Assembly: GCA_020724845.1 (NCBI GenBank)
Contig: DYGE01000001.1
Coordinates: forward strand, 58,218 to 122,217
Source of the DNA: Candidatus Paceibacter sp.
GTDB lineage: Bacteria; Patescibacteriota; Minisyncoccia; UBA6257; 02-FULL-45-10c
DNA length: 64,000 nt
Direction: 5' to 3'
Made by a program: the position numbers and the translations under genes. Below, in pieces: positions 1-9,966 of the stretch (positions within the stretch are counted from its first letter, which is position 1; each line of letters opens with the position of its first letter). Under the pieces are notes generated by a model that worked only from the letters and a program-made list of their open reading frames with translations, did no database searches and had not been told where the DNA came from.

Positions 1-547
1 GTTCAATCGGTATGACTATCAATTTTGATTTTCGCCTGACGGTCAAAAAGATTTTACTACCGACAGGCCCTCTCAAAATATCCACGGCTTCCTCTAAGGG
101 AATGTCTTCCAAAGATATGCCTTTCTTACCATCCAAATGATTGGAAACTGCGACAAGCACATCGCCTTCCCGGATTCCCGCTTTTTCGGCCGAGTTTCCG
201 CTTGTGACCATTTCAACGGTAATTTGCCCGCCGGTTTTATTTTTTTGCCGTGTAATTCTTACACCTAGTCCGCCGAATTTCCCTTCGTTTTCGGCATTCT
301 CCTGCCTGGCTTCCATTGGCGGTAGGTATCTTGTGTACCGGTCTGTGCAGGCAGAGAGCCCGCGGGCCAGCGTCAGTTTCTGGCATTCTTCCATATCCAG
401 TTCGCGATAGTAGGCATTCTCCACGTAATAGAAAATCTCATCCATCAATGACATAGGCGAAAGCGTCCGCGCCAGCCAAGTAGAAATTGCCAAAGTCACC
501 AGTCCAAGCGTCGTCCATTGAAGAAGGCTTTTTAGTGTCTTCACTAG
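1..547 (-). CDS. S41 family C-terminal processing peptidase (partial; gene runs off the left edge)
   Basis: Minus-strand frame begins at a GTG at about 547, preceded by GGAGG 6 nt upstream. Translation gives an N-terminal TM helix then a PDZ-like segment (VTSGNSAEKAGIREGDVLVAV). Not in the ORF track because it is truncated by the window edge. Confidence 0.65.
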
Positions 548-617
548 CTCCTCCTATTTATTTGTCAAACGAGGATTTTGCTAGATTATGCCATAATTTT
601 TCCTCCGGAGCAAATTG

Positions 618-645
618 AAACCGCCCCGCAGTGCGGGGCGGTTTT
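618..645. terminator. Intrinsic terminator hairpin (aaaccgccccgcagtgcggggcggtttt)
   Basis: Perfect GC-rich stem followed by a T-run, immediately downstream of the minus-strand M50 protease stop. Confidence 0.6.
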
Positions 646-657
646 GTTGAGCGCCTC

Positions 658-1317
658 TTATGCTATGAAGCTATATAAGTTGTATATTATCGGGATAATC
701 AGTCCAAAGCCGAAGAATATAAAGAAGAGCAAGATGATCATTCCGTACTGCTCCAAAAATTGCTGGACTTTGTAGTAACTTGACGGAAGTATTGCAAACA
801 ACACTTTTGAGCCGTCCAGCGGCGGAATGGGAACTAAATTGAATACGCCAAGAAGGATGTTGATGAAAATTATCATCATAAAGGCGAAATAGAGCGCTTC
901 CATCGGAGAGCCGATTGCTTCCGCGTTTGCCAGCGGCGCTGATTGGGTTATGAAAAGTTTGGTCGCCTGGTCGAGAGGAATGAATCTTCCGAGCAATCCA
1001 AAGACCGCCGCTACAAAGAAATTGCTCAATGGCCCGGCGGCGCCAATCAAGGCGGCGCCTTTTTTAGGGTCGCGCAAATTGTAGGGGTTATAAGGCACCG
1101 GCTTAGCCCAGCCGAAAAGTATCGGGCTGCGGACCAGTATCAAGGTTAATGGCAGGAGCACCGAACCTACCGGGTCAATATGTTTTAAAGGGTTCAAATT
1201 CAACCGACCCATTACCTTTGCCGTGTCGTCCCCTAGCTTATAAGCGACTGCCCCGTGTGAGACTTCGTGAATCATCACGGAAAAAATAAGAACAATAAGA
1301 GAAAAAATTAAAATCAT
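658..1317 (-). CDS. Site-2 protease family (peptidase M50) membrane metalloprotease
   Basis: HEVSHG (HExxH) motif inside a polytopic membrane protein of 219 aa. Confidence 0.85.
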   Translation of the reverse strand: MILIFSLIVLIFSVMIHEVSHGAVAYKLGDDTAKVMGRLNLNPLKHIDPVGSVLLPLTLILVRSPILFGWAKPVPYNPYNLRDPKKGAALIGAAGPLSNFFVAAVFGLLGRFIPLDQATKLFITQSAPLANAEAIGSPMEALYFAFMMIIFINILLGVFNLVPIPPLDGSKVLFAILPSSYYKVQQFLEQYGMIILLFFIFFGFGLIIPIIYNLYSFIA

Positions 1318-1329
1318 GCCTTTAACTTA

Positions 1330-2274
1330 TTAAAGCAATGGCTTTCTATCCTCCAAATCGCGGTAAAGCTCCGGATCAATTATTCGCTGGAAGCAAGTTT
1401 CGCCGGCTTCGTGATCCCAGTTCTGCTGGTATTCGTAAAGCCTCTCCGGGTAAGGTATCGCCGCTTTGGGCCCGCCTAGCAGATCTTCTGAAGAGAGATC
1501 AAAGGTGGCGCAGAGTTCAAAAGCTAAATCTCCGTTTATAATGTATCTGTAAGGCAGGCCGGTGGCTGGATCGTTCGGTTGGGTGAATCCGGTGATGGTA
1601 TCTTCCAAATCAGAAAGTTCGCCGGGTAACTCATCTTTCTGTATCCAGTAGTTGACGATTCGGTCCTGCAGGGTTTGAAGGTCGCTGACGCGCCTTTGGT
1701 CAAATCTGTAAAGGCGAGCTTTGAGCGGAGATCCTGCGGTGAAGAACCCAAAAACGACGCTTACGAGCACGACCGCGCTGACCGCCCAAGTAAGATACTT
1801 TAATTTATTAGCTGGGAGCGTTTCTTTTAAATCTGACAGGTAGTACCAGAAAATCGTGCCAATGACTGCTAGGATAGATAAGACCTTGAGAAGAAACCTG
1901 GTCGTTAAATCTCCGCCCAGGAAATTAAATACTAAAGTAACTAAGTCGGTAATGATTATAATAGCCGCCAAGAAAAGAGTGAAATACAGCAGCCACTTTC
2001 TTATTTTTAAATTCCTTTTCTCGGGATTGCGCCGGTAATCCTGATTGAGCATCCGGGATACCAAGATGTAAACCGGGAAGATGATAATCAGCGAAGCCAT
2101 GGCCCAGCGGATTGATCCGGCAACGCTGTCATAATAAATCGGGCTTAATGGATCCGGGAAAAAGATATTGATGTACTGAAAAAGAAGGGCTAAAAGCCCG
2201 AAGGTGCTGATGTAAAGGGTAATAATGCCCAGTAAGTGAAGGAATACGTCCTTTGGCGCGTTATTTTGTTCCAT
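1330..2274 (-). CDS. DUF5671-like integral membrane protein
   Basis: Multi-TM N-terminal half with a charged C-terminal tail, an architecture typical of DUF5671 proteins in CPR genomes. The family name is from memory. Confidence 0.55.
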   Translation of the reverse strand: MEQNNAPKDVFLHLLGIITLYISTFGLLALLFQYINIFFPDPLSPIYYDSVAGSIRWAMASLIIIFPVYILVSRMLNQDYRRNPEKRNLKIRKWLLYFTLFLAAIIIITDLVTLVFNFLGGDLTTRFLLKVLSILAVIGTIFWYYLSDLKETLPANKLKYLTWAVSAVVLVSVVFGFFTAGSPLKARLYRFDQRRVSDLQTLQDRIVNYWIQKDELPGELSDLEDTITGFTQPNDPATGLPYRYIINGDLAFELCATFDLSSEDLLGGPKAAIPYPERLYEYQQNWDHEAGETCFQRIIDPELYRDLEDRKPLL

Positions 2275-2338
2275 ATATTTTAGTTCTGATTCTACCCTTC
2301 TAATAATAACATAAAATCCTCCGCAATTGGAGGATTAT

Positions 2339-2887
2339 TTAATCTTCTCTGATAACTTCCAGGCTTACTACAGGCTTGAACTCGGTAAAGTAATCCCTTT
2401 TCAAGAAAACAATCTCCACTTTATAAACCATCAGTTTTCCGCGAATCACTCTTTTCTGGTGGCGTATATCTTGCAGTTCATTTGGTCGCTTTATCCGCCA
2501 GTTGCTCTCATTCAGCCGTATCGCCGAAGCCAGGCGCGCCTTCCGGTCGTTGGTAGGCCACCATTCAAAATAAACTACCCCCTGGTCAAAAAAATCAATG
2601 GTAAATATGGATATTCCAAGCCCATCGTTTTCATATTCAGCGCCGGTGGCGATCTTCTTATCAAGCTCCGCGGTTCCAAAGGCGCAGCCGAAAAGCATTT
2701 GCTTCCCGGACTTCTTATCAACGTCAACGTACATATCCAGCTTGTTGGTTCTTATCCAGCCTTCCGTTTCGCATCTTTCTCTGCTGTCAAAATCAGGGAT
2801 TTTGAAATCTCTCCCCGGGACTAGCATCAGTCCTCGCAATGTGAAGGTTCTTATTTTTATAATGCTCCTTAAAAAAATCTCCGTCAA
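2339..2887 (-). CDS. Hypothetical protein
   Basis: 182-aa ORF in the same orientation as the flanking operon, starting (TTG) 3 nt after the upstream stop. The antisense 165-aa ORF on + has low-complexity composition. Confidence 0.45.
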   Translation of the reverse strand: MTEIFLRSIIKIRTFTLRGLMLVPGRDFKIPDFDSRERCETEGWIRTNKLDMYVDVDKKSGKQMLFGCAFGTAELDKKIATGAEYENDGLGISIFTIDFFDQGVVYFEWWPTNDRKARLASAIRLNESNWRIKRPNELQDIRHQKRVIRGKLMVYKVEIVFLKRDYFTEFKPVVSLEVIRED

Positions 2888-2889
2888 TG

Positions 2890-3351
2890 TTATTCAGCGG
2901 TTTTCTGGAACACTTTAAGCGCTTCAAGCTGCGCGTCTTGGAGGTGAGTGGCCGGCCGTTTTTCTTTTATTAGAGCGACGGCGCCTTCCACAGTTTTCCC
3001 CCGGCTGATTAAATACGCGGCAACCAACGTTGGCGCCCTGCCATGGCCGTGTTTACAATGCACGTACACTTTTTTATCCATCTTTATCAACTCTTCAATA
3101 AATCTAATGCCTAAACGCAATTGTTCCGGATTGGGTGGCGTGTGATCCTTAGTCGGCAGCCAAAGGTAAAATTTCACCCCAAACGGGGCATCCAGCTTTT
3201 CTTCTTCTAAAGATATGTCGGCGGTGATTCCTTGTTCCAGCAATTCTTCTTCAAAATGCGTCCGGCAGCACATATTGGTGCCAATGTAGATATTGGGAGT
3301 GATCTGGTTATATTCCAATTTGTTATGCTTTTTATCGTGATTGTTTTCCAT
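2890..3351 (-). CDS. Dual-specificity / protein-tyrosine phosphatase
   Basis: VHCKHGHGRAPT matches the CX5R P-loop signature. Confidence 0.8.
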   Translation of the reverse strand: MENNHDKKHNKLEYNQITPNIYIGTNMCCRTHFEEELLEQGITADISLEEEKLDAPFGVKFYLWLPTKDHTPPNPEQLRLGIRFIEELIKMDKKVYVHCKHGHGRAPTLVAAYLISRGKTVEGAVALIKEKRPATHLQDAQLEALKVFQKTAE

Positions 3352-3353
3352 AA

Positions 3354-4319
3354 CTATTTAATTAGTTTTTTAAACTCTTCTACCATTGGCACTTGCTCCG
3401 CCTCAACTCCGTATTCTTTGGCAGTATAATAAGCCGTCCAGTCCGCCAAAAGCAAGGAGGAAAAAATCTTATGGAAATGGTTTTTGCCATTTACGATTAC
3501 AACTTCGGACGGCAGACGCCTTTCGCGGTACAATCTTTCGGTGACGTTCATCCGTTTGGTTATCTTAGGCTGGTCGGCAACATCTTTTAGAAAAACGAAG
3601 TAAAAGTACTTGGAAAGCGCGCCAGTGGAATCTTTAACGTCAAAGCCGGTCATTTCGTTGTGGTTGAGTTCCGGGAAATAATTGATGAAAGCCGGTATCT
3701 TTCCGGTTTCATTGAATTTTATTTTCCAATTATAAGCTATTGGCATATTTCTTTCGGATGAATAAATTACCGGCACATGCCCTTTCAGTTTTCTGGCGAG
3801 GGCTTTGCCGATCCTTTCGGCTTCGTAAGATTTCATTAGTTTCGCCAGTTCGGTCAGCTCACTGCTGAATTTATTTTCTTTCATTACCGCCGCCAGTGAT
3901 TTTATTGAATATCCCAAGGCGGATCTCGGCTGGATTCCGGTAGCCGGCATTTGCACGTGCGGGACCTTGCTCTTCTTAGCGAGATCTAAGAGTTTCCCGC
4001 CGGTAGAAACAGCCGCTAAGGGATACTTCATTTTTGAGGCGAGCTTGAAGCCCTCAATAACTTCTTCGGTATTGCCCGAATACGAACTGGCGATAATTAA
4101 ACTTTGTTTTAAAACTGCGGGGCTAAGTTTCGGCAAGCCATAATTGCGGTGAGACATGACATCAAAATAGGGGTCGCGGATTTTGAATAGGTCCGCGGCC
4201 AGGTTGGAGCCGCCCATCCCAAGGACGATGAATTTCTTGAATTTTTTCAGCTTCCCGGCATTTTCAATAACCGGCTTGTATTCAAACTGTTTAGGAAAAT
4301 TTTTTATTGCTTCGTGCAT
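3354..4319 (-). CDS. Bifunctional phosphoglucose/phosphomannose isomerase (SIS-domain PGI/PMI family)
   Basis: GMGGSNLAADL SIS motif; the ~320-aa size fits archaeal-type bifunctional PGI/PMI. Confidence 0.75.
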   Translation of the reverse strand: MHEAIKNFPKQFEYKPVIENAGKLKKFKKFIVLGMGGSNLAADLFKIRDPYFDVMSHRNYGLPKLSPAVLKQSLIIASSYSGNTEEVIEGFKLASKMKYPLAAVSTGGKLLDLAKKSKVPHVQMPATGIQPRSALGYSIKSLAAVMKENKFSSELTELAKLMKSYEAERIGKALARKLKGHVPVIYSSERNMPIAYNWKIKFNETGKIPAFINYFPELNHNEMTGFDVKDSTGALSKYFYFVFLKDVADQPKITKRMNVTERLYRERRLPSEVVIVNGKNHFHKIFSSLLLADWTAYYTAKEYGVEAEQVPMVEEFKKLIK

Positions 4320-4323
4320 ATAA

Positions 4324-6678
4324 TTATTTTACCACATCGTGCCCGCCAAATTGATTGCGAAGCGCGGAAAGTATTTTGCCGACGTAACTCGGCGATTTCT
4401 CCGATTTTACTCGGAATCTGAAAGCGCCTTCAATGGCCGGAGTAGGAACTTTTAGTTTTTTCGCGGTTTTTACCGTCCATTCTCCTTCCCCGGTATGGCT
4501 CACTGAGCCGGATATCTTTTTCAAATTTTCCCCAAATTCTTCGTACGCGGATTTGATCCATCCTATTAGCCGTGACTCTATCACGCTTCCATGGTTGTAA
4601 ATCTCGGCGACTCTTTTAAGATCAAGCTTGAATGGCGATTTTTTCATCACGGCAAATCCTTCGGCAATTGCCTGCATCATTCCGTATTCAATTCCGTTAT
4701 GGACCATCTTCACAAAATGTCCGGCGCCGGATTTACCAATGTAGCCATACCCTCCTGGAGCGGCTAAGTCCTGGAATAGACCCTCCAAGGCGATAAATAT
4801 TTTTTTATCGCCGCCTATCATAAGCGAAGACCCGGCACGCGCTCCCTTTGGCCCGCCGGAAACTCCGACGTCCAGAAAATGGATGCCTCTTTTGTGAAAT
4901 TCTTTTGAACGCTTTATTGAGCTTTCGTAAAAGGAATTGCCTCCGTCAATTACTATATCTCCCTTGCTTAAAATTTTCAGTAAGCGCGCGGTTGTTTCTT
5001 CTATCGGTTTTCCGGCCGGTACCATTAACCACAACAACCTGGGCTGCCCCAGGTTCTTAGCCAATTCTTCTATCGCGTAAGCGCCGAGTAATCCTTCCCT
5101 TCCCAACTCTTTGGTTGCTTGCCCGTCCTTATTATACCCATGAACTTTCCATCCTTTTTCCATTAGCCTTCTCGCGAGGTTCCCTCCCATTTTCCCAAGG
5201 CCGATAATGCCGATCTCTTTTTTAATCGGCCTTGCCAAATGCGGCGCTTTTTCAACTGATTCTGATGATTTCCGGGCTTCGTCTGTGTTTGGCTGATAGC
5301 TTTTCAGCGGAACAAGATTTTTCTGCCAGGCATTTGTAATCGGATCAGTAAACCTCCACATCGCTTCAACTTCTTCGCTGCTTACGAAAAGCGTTTGGTC
5401 CCCGGCGATGCAATCCAGCAGTAATTTTTCATACTCTTCGGTGTATTGCGGCTTTCCGGATTTTTCGCGATAACTGAATTTAAAAATTCTCTCTTCAACT
5501 TCCATTTTTAGGCCGGGTTTTTTCGACCAAAAAGTCACAGTTATTTCTTCTTCCGGTTCCATTCGGATAAACAGCTTATTTTTTAGATGTTCCCCTGATG
5601 GGCAAAAGCATGGCGTAGGATGCTTGAAAGCGACCTCAATTTCTTTTCTTTGTTCTTTTAACTTCTTGCCGCTCTCTAAAATTATTGGCACTCCTTGCCA
5701 TTTAGGATCTTTCAAGAAAGCCTTAATTTTAAAGTAAGTTTCAGTGTCTGATTTTGGCCGGACGCCCTTTATGGTCTGGTAGCCGTCGTATTGAGCGCGG
5801 AAAGTGTTGCTTTTAACTTCTTTTAATTCTGGCAATTCCAGAGTCTTTAAAATTTTCGCCCGATTTTTTCTGATGGCGTCCGCTTCACCAAACTTTCCCG
5901 GATTTTCCATTGTGATCAGCGCGAGCATTTGCAGCAAATGATTCTGGCCGACATCGCGCAAAGCTCCGACCCCATCGTAAAAACTGCCTCGGTCTTCTAC
6001 CCCGATGTTTTCCAGTAATTTTATATGAACGCTTTCAATTAATTTGTTATCCCATCCCTTTTCCAAAAAATTATTCGCGAAACGAAAGGTCAAGATATTT
6101 TGAAGCATTTCCTTGGCAAGATAATGGTCTATGCGGTAAATTTGTATTTCTTGGAAGAGCTTGCTTAGCAGCCCATCAAGCTTTCTCGCGGTTTTCAAAT
6201 CTTTGCCGAATGGCTTTTCAACCAAAACCCTAGTCCATCCCTCTTCTTCGCTGCAGGGCCGGGTTAGCTTGGAGGCCGATAAATTTTTGAAAATAACCTC
6301 GTAAAATTGAGGAGGCACCGCGAGATAGAATAATTTATTGGCGCAAACTCCCCACTCGTCGTCAATTTTTTGCAATAATTCCGAGAGTGCCCGAAAATCT
6401 TTTAAACTTTGGAAACCTCCAGGCTGATAATCAAAAAGATCGCAAAAAGCCGAGCAGGTTTTTAAATCCCATCCTTTTTTAATCAAGTTGCTAAATACAT
6501 AGTCGTGGAACTCCTGCTTGGAATATTCCCTCCTGGAAAATCCGACTATTTTGAACTTTTTCGGCAGTTCTCCTTTTTGGAATAAATTAAAAAGCGCCGG
6601 CGTGATTTTTTTGGCCATTAAATCTCCAGTGGCTCCAAAAATAACAAAAATTGTTGGAATATTCGGATTTAGTTTCAT
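4324..6678 (-). CDS. Fused glucose-6-phosphate dehydrogenase / 6-phosphogluconate dehydrogenase (Gnd-like short form)
   Basis: N-terminal ~485 aa carry G6PD motifs (GATGDLAKKK, EKPFG, RIDHYLAKE). C-terminal ~285 aa carry the GLGKMGGNLARRL NAD(P)-binding motif and 6PGDH core, joined by a short linker in one uninterrupted 784-aa frame. Confidence 0.85.
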   Translation of the reverse strand: MKLNPNIPTIFVIFGATGDLMAKKITPALFNLFQKGELPKKFKIVGFSRREYSKQEFHDYVFSNLIKKGWDLKTCSAFCDLFDYQPGGFQSLKDFRALSELLQKIDDEWGVCANKLFYLAVPPQFYEVIFKNLSASKLTRPCSEEEGWTRVLVEKPFGKDLKTARKLDGLLSKLFQEIQIYRIDHYLAKEMLQNILTFRFANNFLEKGWDNKLIESVHIKLLENIGVEDRGSFYDGVGALRDVGQNHLLQMLALITMENPGKFGEADAIRKNRAKILKTLELPELKEVKSNTFRAQYDGYQTIKGVRPKSDTETYFKIKAFLKDPKWQGVPIILESGKKLKEQRKEIEVAFKHPTPCFCPSGEHLKNKLFIRMEPEEEITVTFWSKKPGLKMEVEERIFKFSYREKSGKPQYTEEYEKLLLDCIAGDQTLFVSSEEVEAMWRFTDPITNAWQKNLVPLKSYQPNTDEARKSSESVEKAPHLARPIKKEIGIIGLGKMGGNLARRLMEKGWKVHGYNKDGQATKELGREGLLGAYAIEELAKNLGQPRLLWLMVPAGKPIEETTARLLKILSKGDIVIDGGNSFYESSIKRSKEFHKRGIHFLDVGVSGGPKGARAGSSLMIGGDKKIFIALEGLFQDLAAPGGYGYIGKSGAGHFVKMVHNGIEYGMMQAIAEGFAVMKKSPFKLDLKRVAEIYNHGSVIESRLIGWIKSAYEEFGENLKKISGSVSHTGEGEWTVKTAKKLKVPTPAIEGAFRFRVKSEKSPSYVGKILSALRNQFGGHDVVK

Positions 6679-6710
6679 AAAATTTCTATCAATCCGCGCG
6701 CGGTATGCTT

Positions 6711-6920
6711 TTATAGCAATGAAGGCGCTTGCAACAAGTAGCCGAGAATAATGAGAGTGATGCCGGCTATGCCGATGTACCTTTCGCGCTTCATTTCGGT
6801 AAATACTTTTTCATCAACCTGATGTTCTTGCCAGAAGCGGTAATGAATCATAACGGCAGTGTAGGAAATCATAATTTTCCCTATAACGTCCAGCGTAAGC
6901 CCGATAAATTCTAAATTCAT
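6711..6920 (-). CDS. Small hypothetical membrane protein
   Basis: 69-aa ORF with two predicted TM helices; no clear Shine-Dalgarno. Confidence 0.3.
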   Translation of the reverse strand: MNLEFIGLTLDVIGKIMISYTAVMIHYRFWQEHQVDEKVFTEMKRERYIGIAGITLIILGYLLQAPSLL

Positions 6921-7042
6921 ACTGTTATAAAATTAAATTACAGGGCTTGTCGACTAAAGGCCCTTGATAATGCTTGGTTATATCTTGGATAAGATTATGC
7001 ATAGTTGTTAATTTTCTAACGGGATTCGCGCTTTTGGATTGA

Positions 7043-7807
7043 TTATAAATAATCTAATAATCTTTCGTATTCAATAAACCGGAAGATCTTGTATCCCCAG
7101 ATAATTAGCAAGTTCATATTATCGGTGAATAAAAGAATTCCTAAAAGAATTAAGAAAATCCCTCCGATAAAAGAAATAGCGTTAAGATATTTCGAAAATT
7201 TATTAATATACCCGCCGGCGGAACCAATGCCAACGGCGATGAGAAGAAATGGTATTGCCAATCCCAAGGAAAAGATTAGCAGCAGAGCTGCTCCTTGCAG
7301 GGCGGTAGCAGAAGTAGAGGCAAGGAAAAGTATGGACCCGAGAATCGGACCTACGCAGGGGGTCCAACCAAGGGCAAATGCTGATCCTAATATGAACGAA
7401 TTTAGCGTTTTGCCTCGTTGAAAAATTTGAGGGACTTTAAATTGTTTTTCTGATGTCAAAAAAGGAATCTTAATCGCGTTCATCATAAATAGCCCGAAGA
7501 TTACCACAAAAACTCCTCCGATTCTGGTCAGCCAGATTCGGTAAGGCACCAATCCCCTGCCAATGAATCCTGCCAAAGTCCCGAAGGCTATAAAAATTAC
7601 GCTAAACCCAATAACAAAGGCCAGGCCGTTCAATAATATCTTCCAGCGCGCAGCTTTTTTCTTCTCTGGATCTTTTAAGTCTTCTAATGAAACGCCACTG
7701 ATAAATCCTAAATACGCAGGAACCAGCGGCAAGGTGCAGGGAGCTAAGAATGTGAGTAGGCCGGCGATGAATGCCGGGATAGCTAATGAAAAAATTTGAG
7801 CCTCCAT
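7043..7807 (-). CDS. ccdA: Cytochrome c biogenesis / thiol-disulfide transporter CcdA (DsbD family)
   Basis: CTLPLVP motif in a polytopic membrane protein. Confidence 0.85.
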   Translation of the reverse strand: MEAQIFSLAIPAFIAGLLTFLAPCTLPLVPAYLGFISGVSLEDLKDPEKKKAARWKILLNGLAFVIGFSVIFIAFGTLAGFIGRGLVPYRIWLTRIGGVFVVIFGLFMMNAIKIPFLTSEKQFKVPQIFQRGKTLNSFILGSAFALGWTPCVGPILGSILFLASTSATALQGAALLLIFSLGLAIPFLLIAVGIGSAGGYINKFSKYLNAISFIGGIFLILLGILLFTDNMNLLIIWGYKIFRFIEYERLLDYL

Positions 7808-7837
7808 AGTCGTTGGTTGTTAGTCGTTGGTTGTTAG
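7808..7837. repeat. Tandem duplication (2 x 15 bp, agtcgttggttgtta) spanning the tlpA stop and ccdA start
   Basis: Direct tandem repeat read from the sequence; the first copy encodes the TlpA C-terminus and the second sits just before the ccdA ATG. Confidence 0.7.
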
Positions 7838-8356
7838 TTCTAAAATGCGTCTGCGAATCTCTTCTAAGTCCATCGGTCCGCGCTTGTGTTGTAGAATATT
7901 GCCAGCGGCATCCACAAAAATAGTTTCCGGCATTGAGAATCCGCCTATGGACCGATAAAAAGAGTCGTCCGGATCAAGAAGAAAAACTAAATCATTCGTT
8001 ACGTCCAATTCGTCAGTGTATTTTTTGGCGGTTTCCAGCGGTTCAGCGCGGTCGATGGCGATAATGATTACTTGATCGCCGAACTCTTTTTGCGCCGCGG
8101 CGAACGCGGGCAATTCTTCAACGCAAAAAGGGCACCAGGCGGCCCAAGAATTTATAACCAGCGGTTGGCCTTCAAAATCTGACAAGCGCACTATTTCCCC
8201 TTCATAATTTTGCAAGCTAAAAGCAGGCGCTTTATCAAGTCTGTCTTCTTCTGTAACAACGTTCGCGGCCTGCCTTTTAGCTACTCCTGAAGACAACAAA
8301 AAAACAACCGCGATAATTCCCAAAATTATGTATAATGATTTCTTCATATTACTCAA
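7820..8356 (-). CDS. TlpA/ResA-like thiol-disulfide oxidoreductase (thioredoxin fold, secreted)
   Basis: Signal/TM N-terminus and a WCPFC CxxC motif. Confidence 0.85.
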   Translation of the reverse strand: MSNMKKSLYIILGIIAVVFLLSSGVAKRQAANVVTEEDRLDKAPAFSLQNYEGEIVRLSDFEGQPLVINSWAAWCPFCVEELPAFAAAQKEFGDQVIIIAIDRAEPLETAKKYTDELDVTNDLVFLLDPDDSFYRSIGGFSMPETIFVDAAGNILQHKRGPMDLEEIRRRILELTTND

Positions 8357-8507
8357 AAAGACAATCTTATAATTCTCTTTTTGAGTAATGGCGAATTCTG
8401 AATTTCACGATTCGCCATTCTAGCTAGCGAGTTAGCACCCGCAAGGGGCTTTAGGGCCTTTCATAAATTTGTTGGTTATTAATTGGTAATGTGGATTTTC
8501 TTTGCAT

Positions 8508-8888
8508 TTATAATCCTATCGAGCCTCCTCCATTTAGAAGAATAGCAATGTTAGCTGCCAAGAGCGCTAGATCAAATTCCCAGCCGGTTTTATCGTGAGC
8601 CGCGAAGGCTACTCCCCATTTCATCGTCTTCATTCCGATCGCGCCAATCATCACTATTGCCAAAAGAAGGGCAGATAACTGCGCGTAAACCCCGAGTATC
8701 AATCCCGCGGAAGACAAAAGCTCTACTAGGCCGAGCATAAAGATCATTCCCGCTGGCATCGCCATCATCTGCGCCATACCGCCGGCGTTTTTTAACTTTG
8801 GCAGGGCGTGATAAGCGAAAATGACAGCCACAACTAGACGCAGAAGAAACAAACCTAAATCACTGTATTGCAGTAGTTGTTCAAACAT
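8508..8888 (-). CDS. DoxX family membrane protein
   Basis: Four-TM small protein of DoxX-like composition. Confidence 0.75.
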   Translation of the reverse strand: MFEQLLQYSDLGLFLLRLVVAVIFAYHALPKLKNAGGMAQMMAMPAGMIFMLGLVELLSSAGLILGVYAQLSALLLAIVMIGAIGMKTMKWGVAFAAHDKTGWEFDLALLAANIAILLNGGGSIGL

Positions 8889-8925
8889 TTGATTTTTTTA
8901 TTTTATTTTTCCGACCTTTTTAAAT

Positions 8926-9966
8926 CTATTTATATAATTCAGTATCGGGATGCGCCGAAGCCCAGCTGAACCAGAATCCGGAAACCGGATTGATTCTTTC
9001 TTCTGATCCGTCCGGAAGCCTTTTAAAAATCCTTACGACATCCAAATCTTTGTCGTGGCGTAAGATTATATTCTCCCCTTGAAATTCGTCCGTTACTTCC
9101 TCTTTTTCTTTAACCGCTTCAGTATGATACGCTTTTGCCTGTCCGTTGATTACGATTCCAAAAACAAACGCGTCGTTTGGCAATCTCGTGTCAGTAGGTT
9201 TGGCGAGCGAAAGCGCCAAATTAGTCGCCGAGAAATAATCTCCGTAGGGACTGTAGCCGTAAATCCTGGTAGCGCCAGTGTCACGAGAAAGCACCTCTCC
9301 ATTAGGAAATTGCTTTTTCCAATTTCCATATAATACCTGATCTGACGGCAGGACCGGCAATTTAGTTCCGGTCATTTCGCCCACTACGGCTTCTCCAAGG
9401 ACTTGCGGCCAAAGCGATTCGGTTTTACGGTCATACATCACTAAATTTGATTTCCAAAGCTTGCCGGAAGTTCCAAACTCTACGCGCTCTCCTTGTACGA
9501 TTGGGTCAAAGACGAAGCCGGTCAGGCAAAGCGGGCAGTATGTGACAAGTACTCGTCTTCCATCAATCTGGTCATTTACGATTTCATGCCATACCAAAAT
9601 TTGGTACGGGTAAAAGCGGTGCGCGCCAGCCAATGATAAGGCTACTCCCGGTTCGCTATCGTCAAGAAACTCATCCGCCTCTTGTATAGAAACGAACTTA
9701 GGATCATCAATCGGCGGAATGCCGTCTTTAGGCGGTCCGCCACTGATGATTTCTTCCAGCGGGATGCTGTGTTTTACGCCGCCAGTAACCATTATCTTTT
9801 TTTCTTCAATATTTCCGTTAGTTTCCACAATGATTGTTTTTTCGGTTGTTTCGCCACCGACCGGCAGTTCAATATCCGAAGCAAATCTCTGCCATAAAAG
9901 TAAACCGAGATATCCAACGGCTAAAACCAAAATTGTTGCATATACGATTTTTTTAGTCGCAAACAT
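8926..9966 (-). CDS. DUF3179-like secreted/anchored protein
   Basis: N-terminal anchor, then GGPPKDGIP and YCPLC motifs that I recall as DUF3179 features. Confidence 0.55.
   Translation of the reverse strand: MFATKKIVYATILVLAVGYLGLLLWQRFASDIELPVGGETTEKTIIVETNGNIEEKKIMVTGGVKHSIPLEEIISGGPPKDGIPPIDDPKFVSIQEADEFLDDSEPGVALSLAGAHRFYPYQILVWHEIVNDQIDGRRVLVTYCPLCLTGFVFDPIVQGERVEFGTSGKLWKSNLVMYDRKTESLWPQVLGEAVVGEMTGTKLPVLPSDQVLYGNWKKQFPNGEVLSRDTGATRIYGYSPYGDYFSATNLALSLAKPTDTRLPNDAFVFGIVINGQAKAYHTEAVKEKEEVTDEFQGENIILRHDKDLDVVRIFKRLPDGSEERINPVSGFWFSWASAHPDTELYK

Noticed and set aside
2327-2824. 165-aa plus-strand ORF antisense to 2339..2887
   Set aside because: All flanking genes are on the minus strand with tight junctions. 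The minus frame has more balanced composition. This call remains uncertain.
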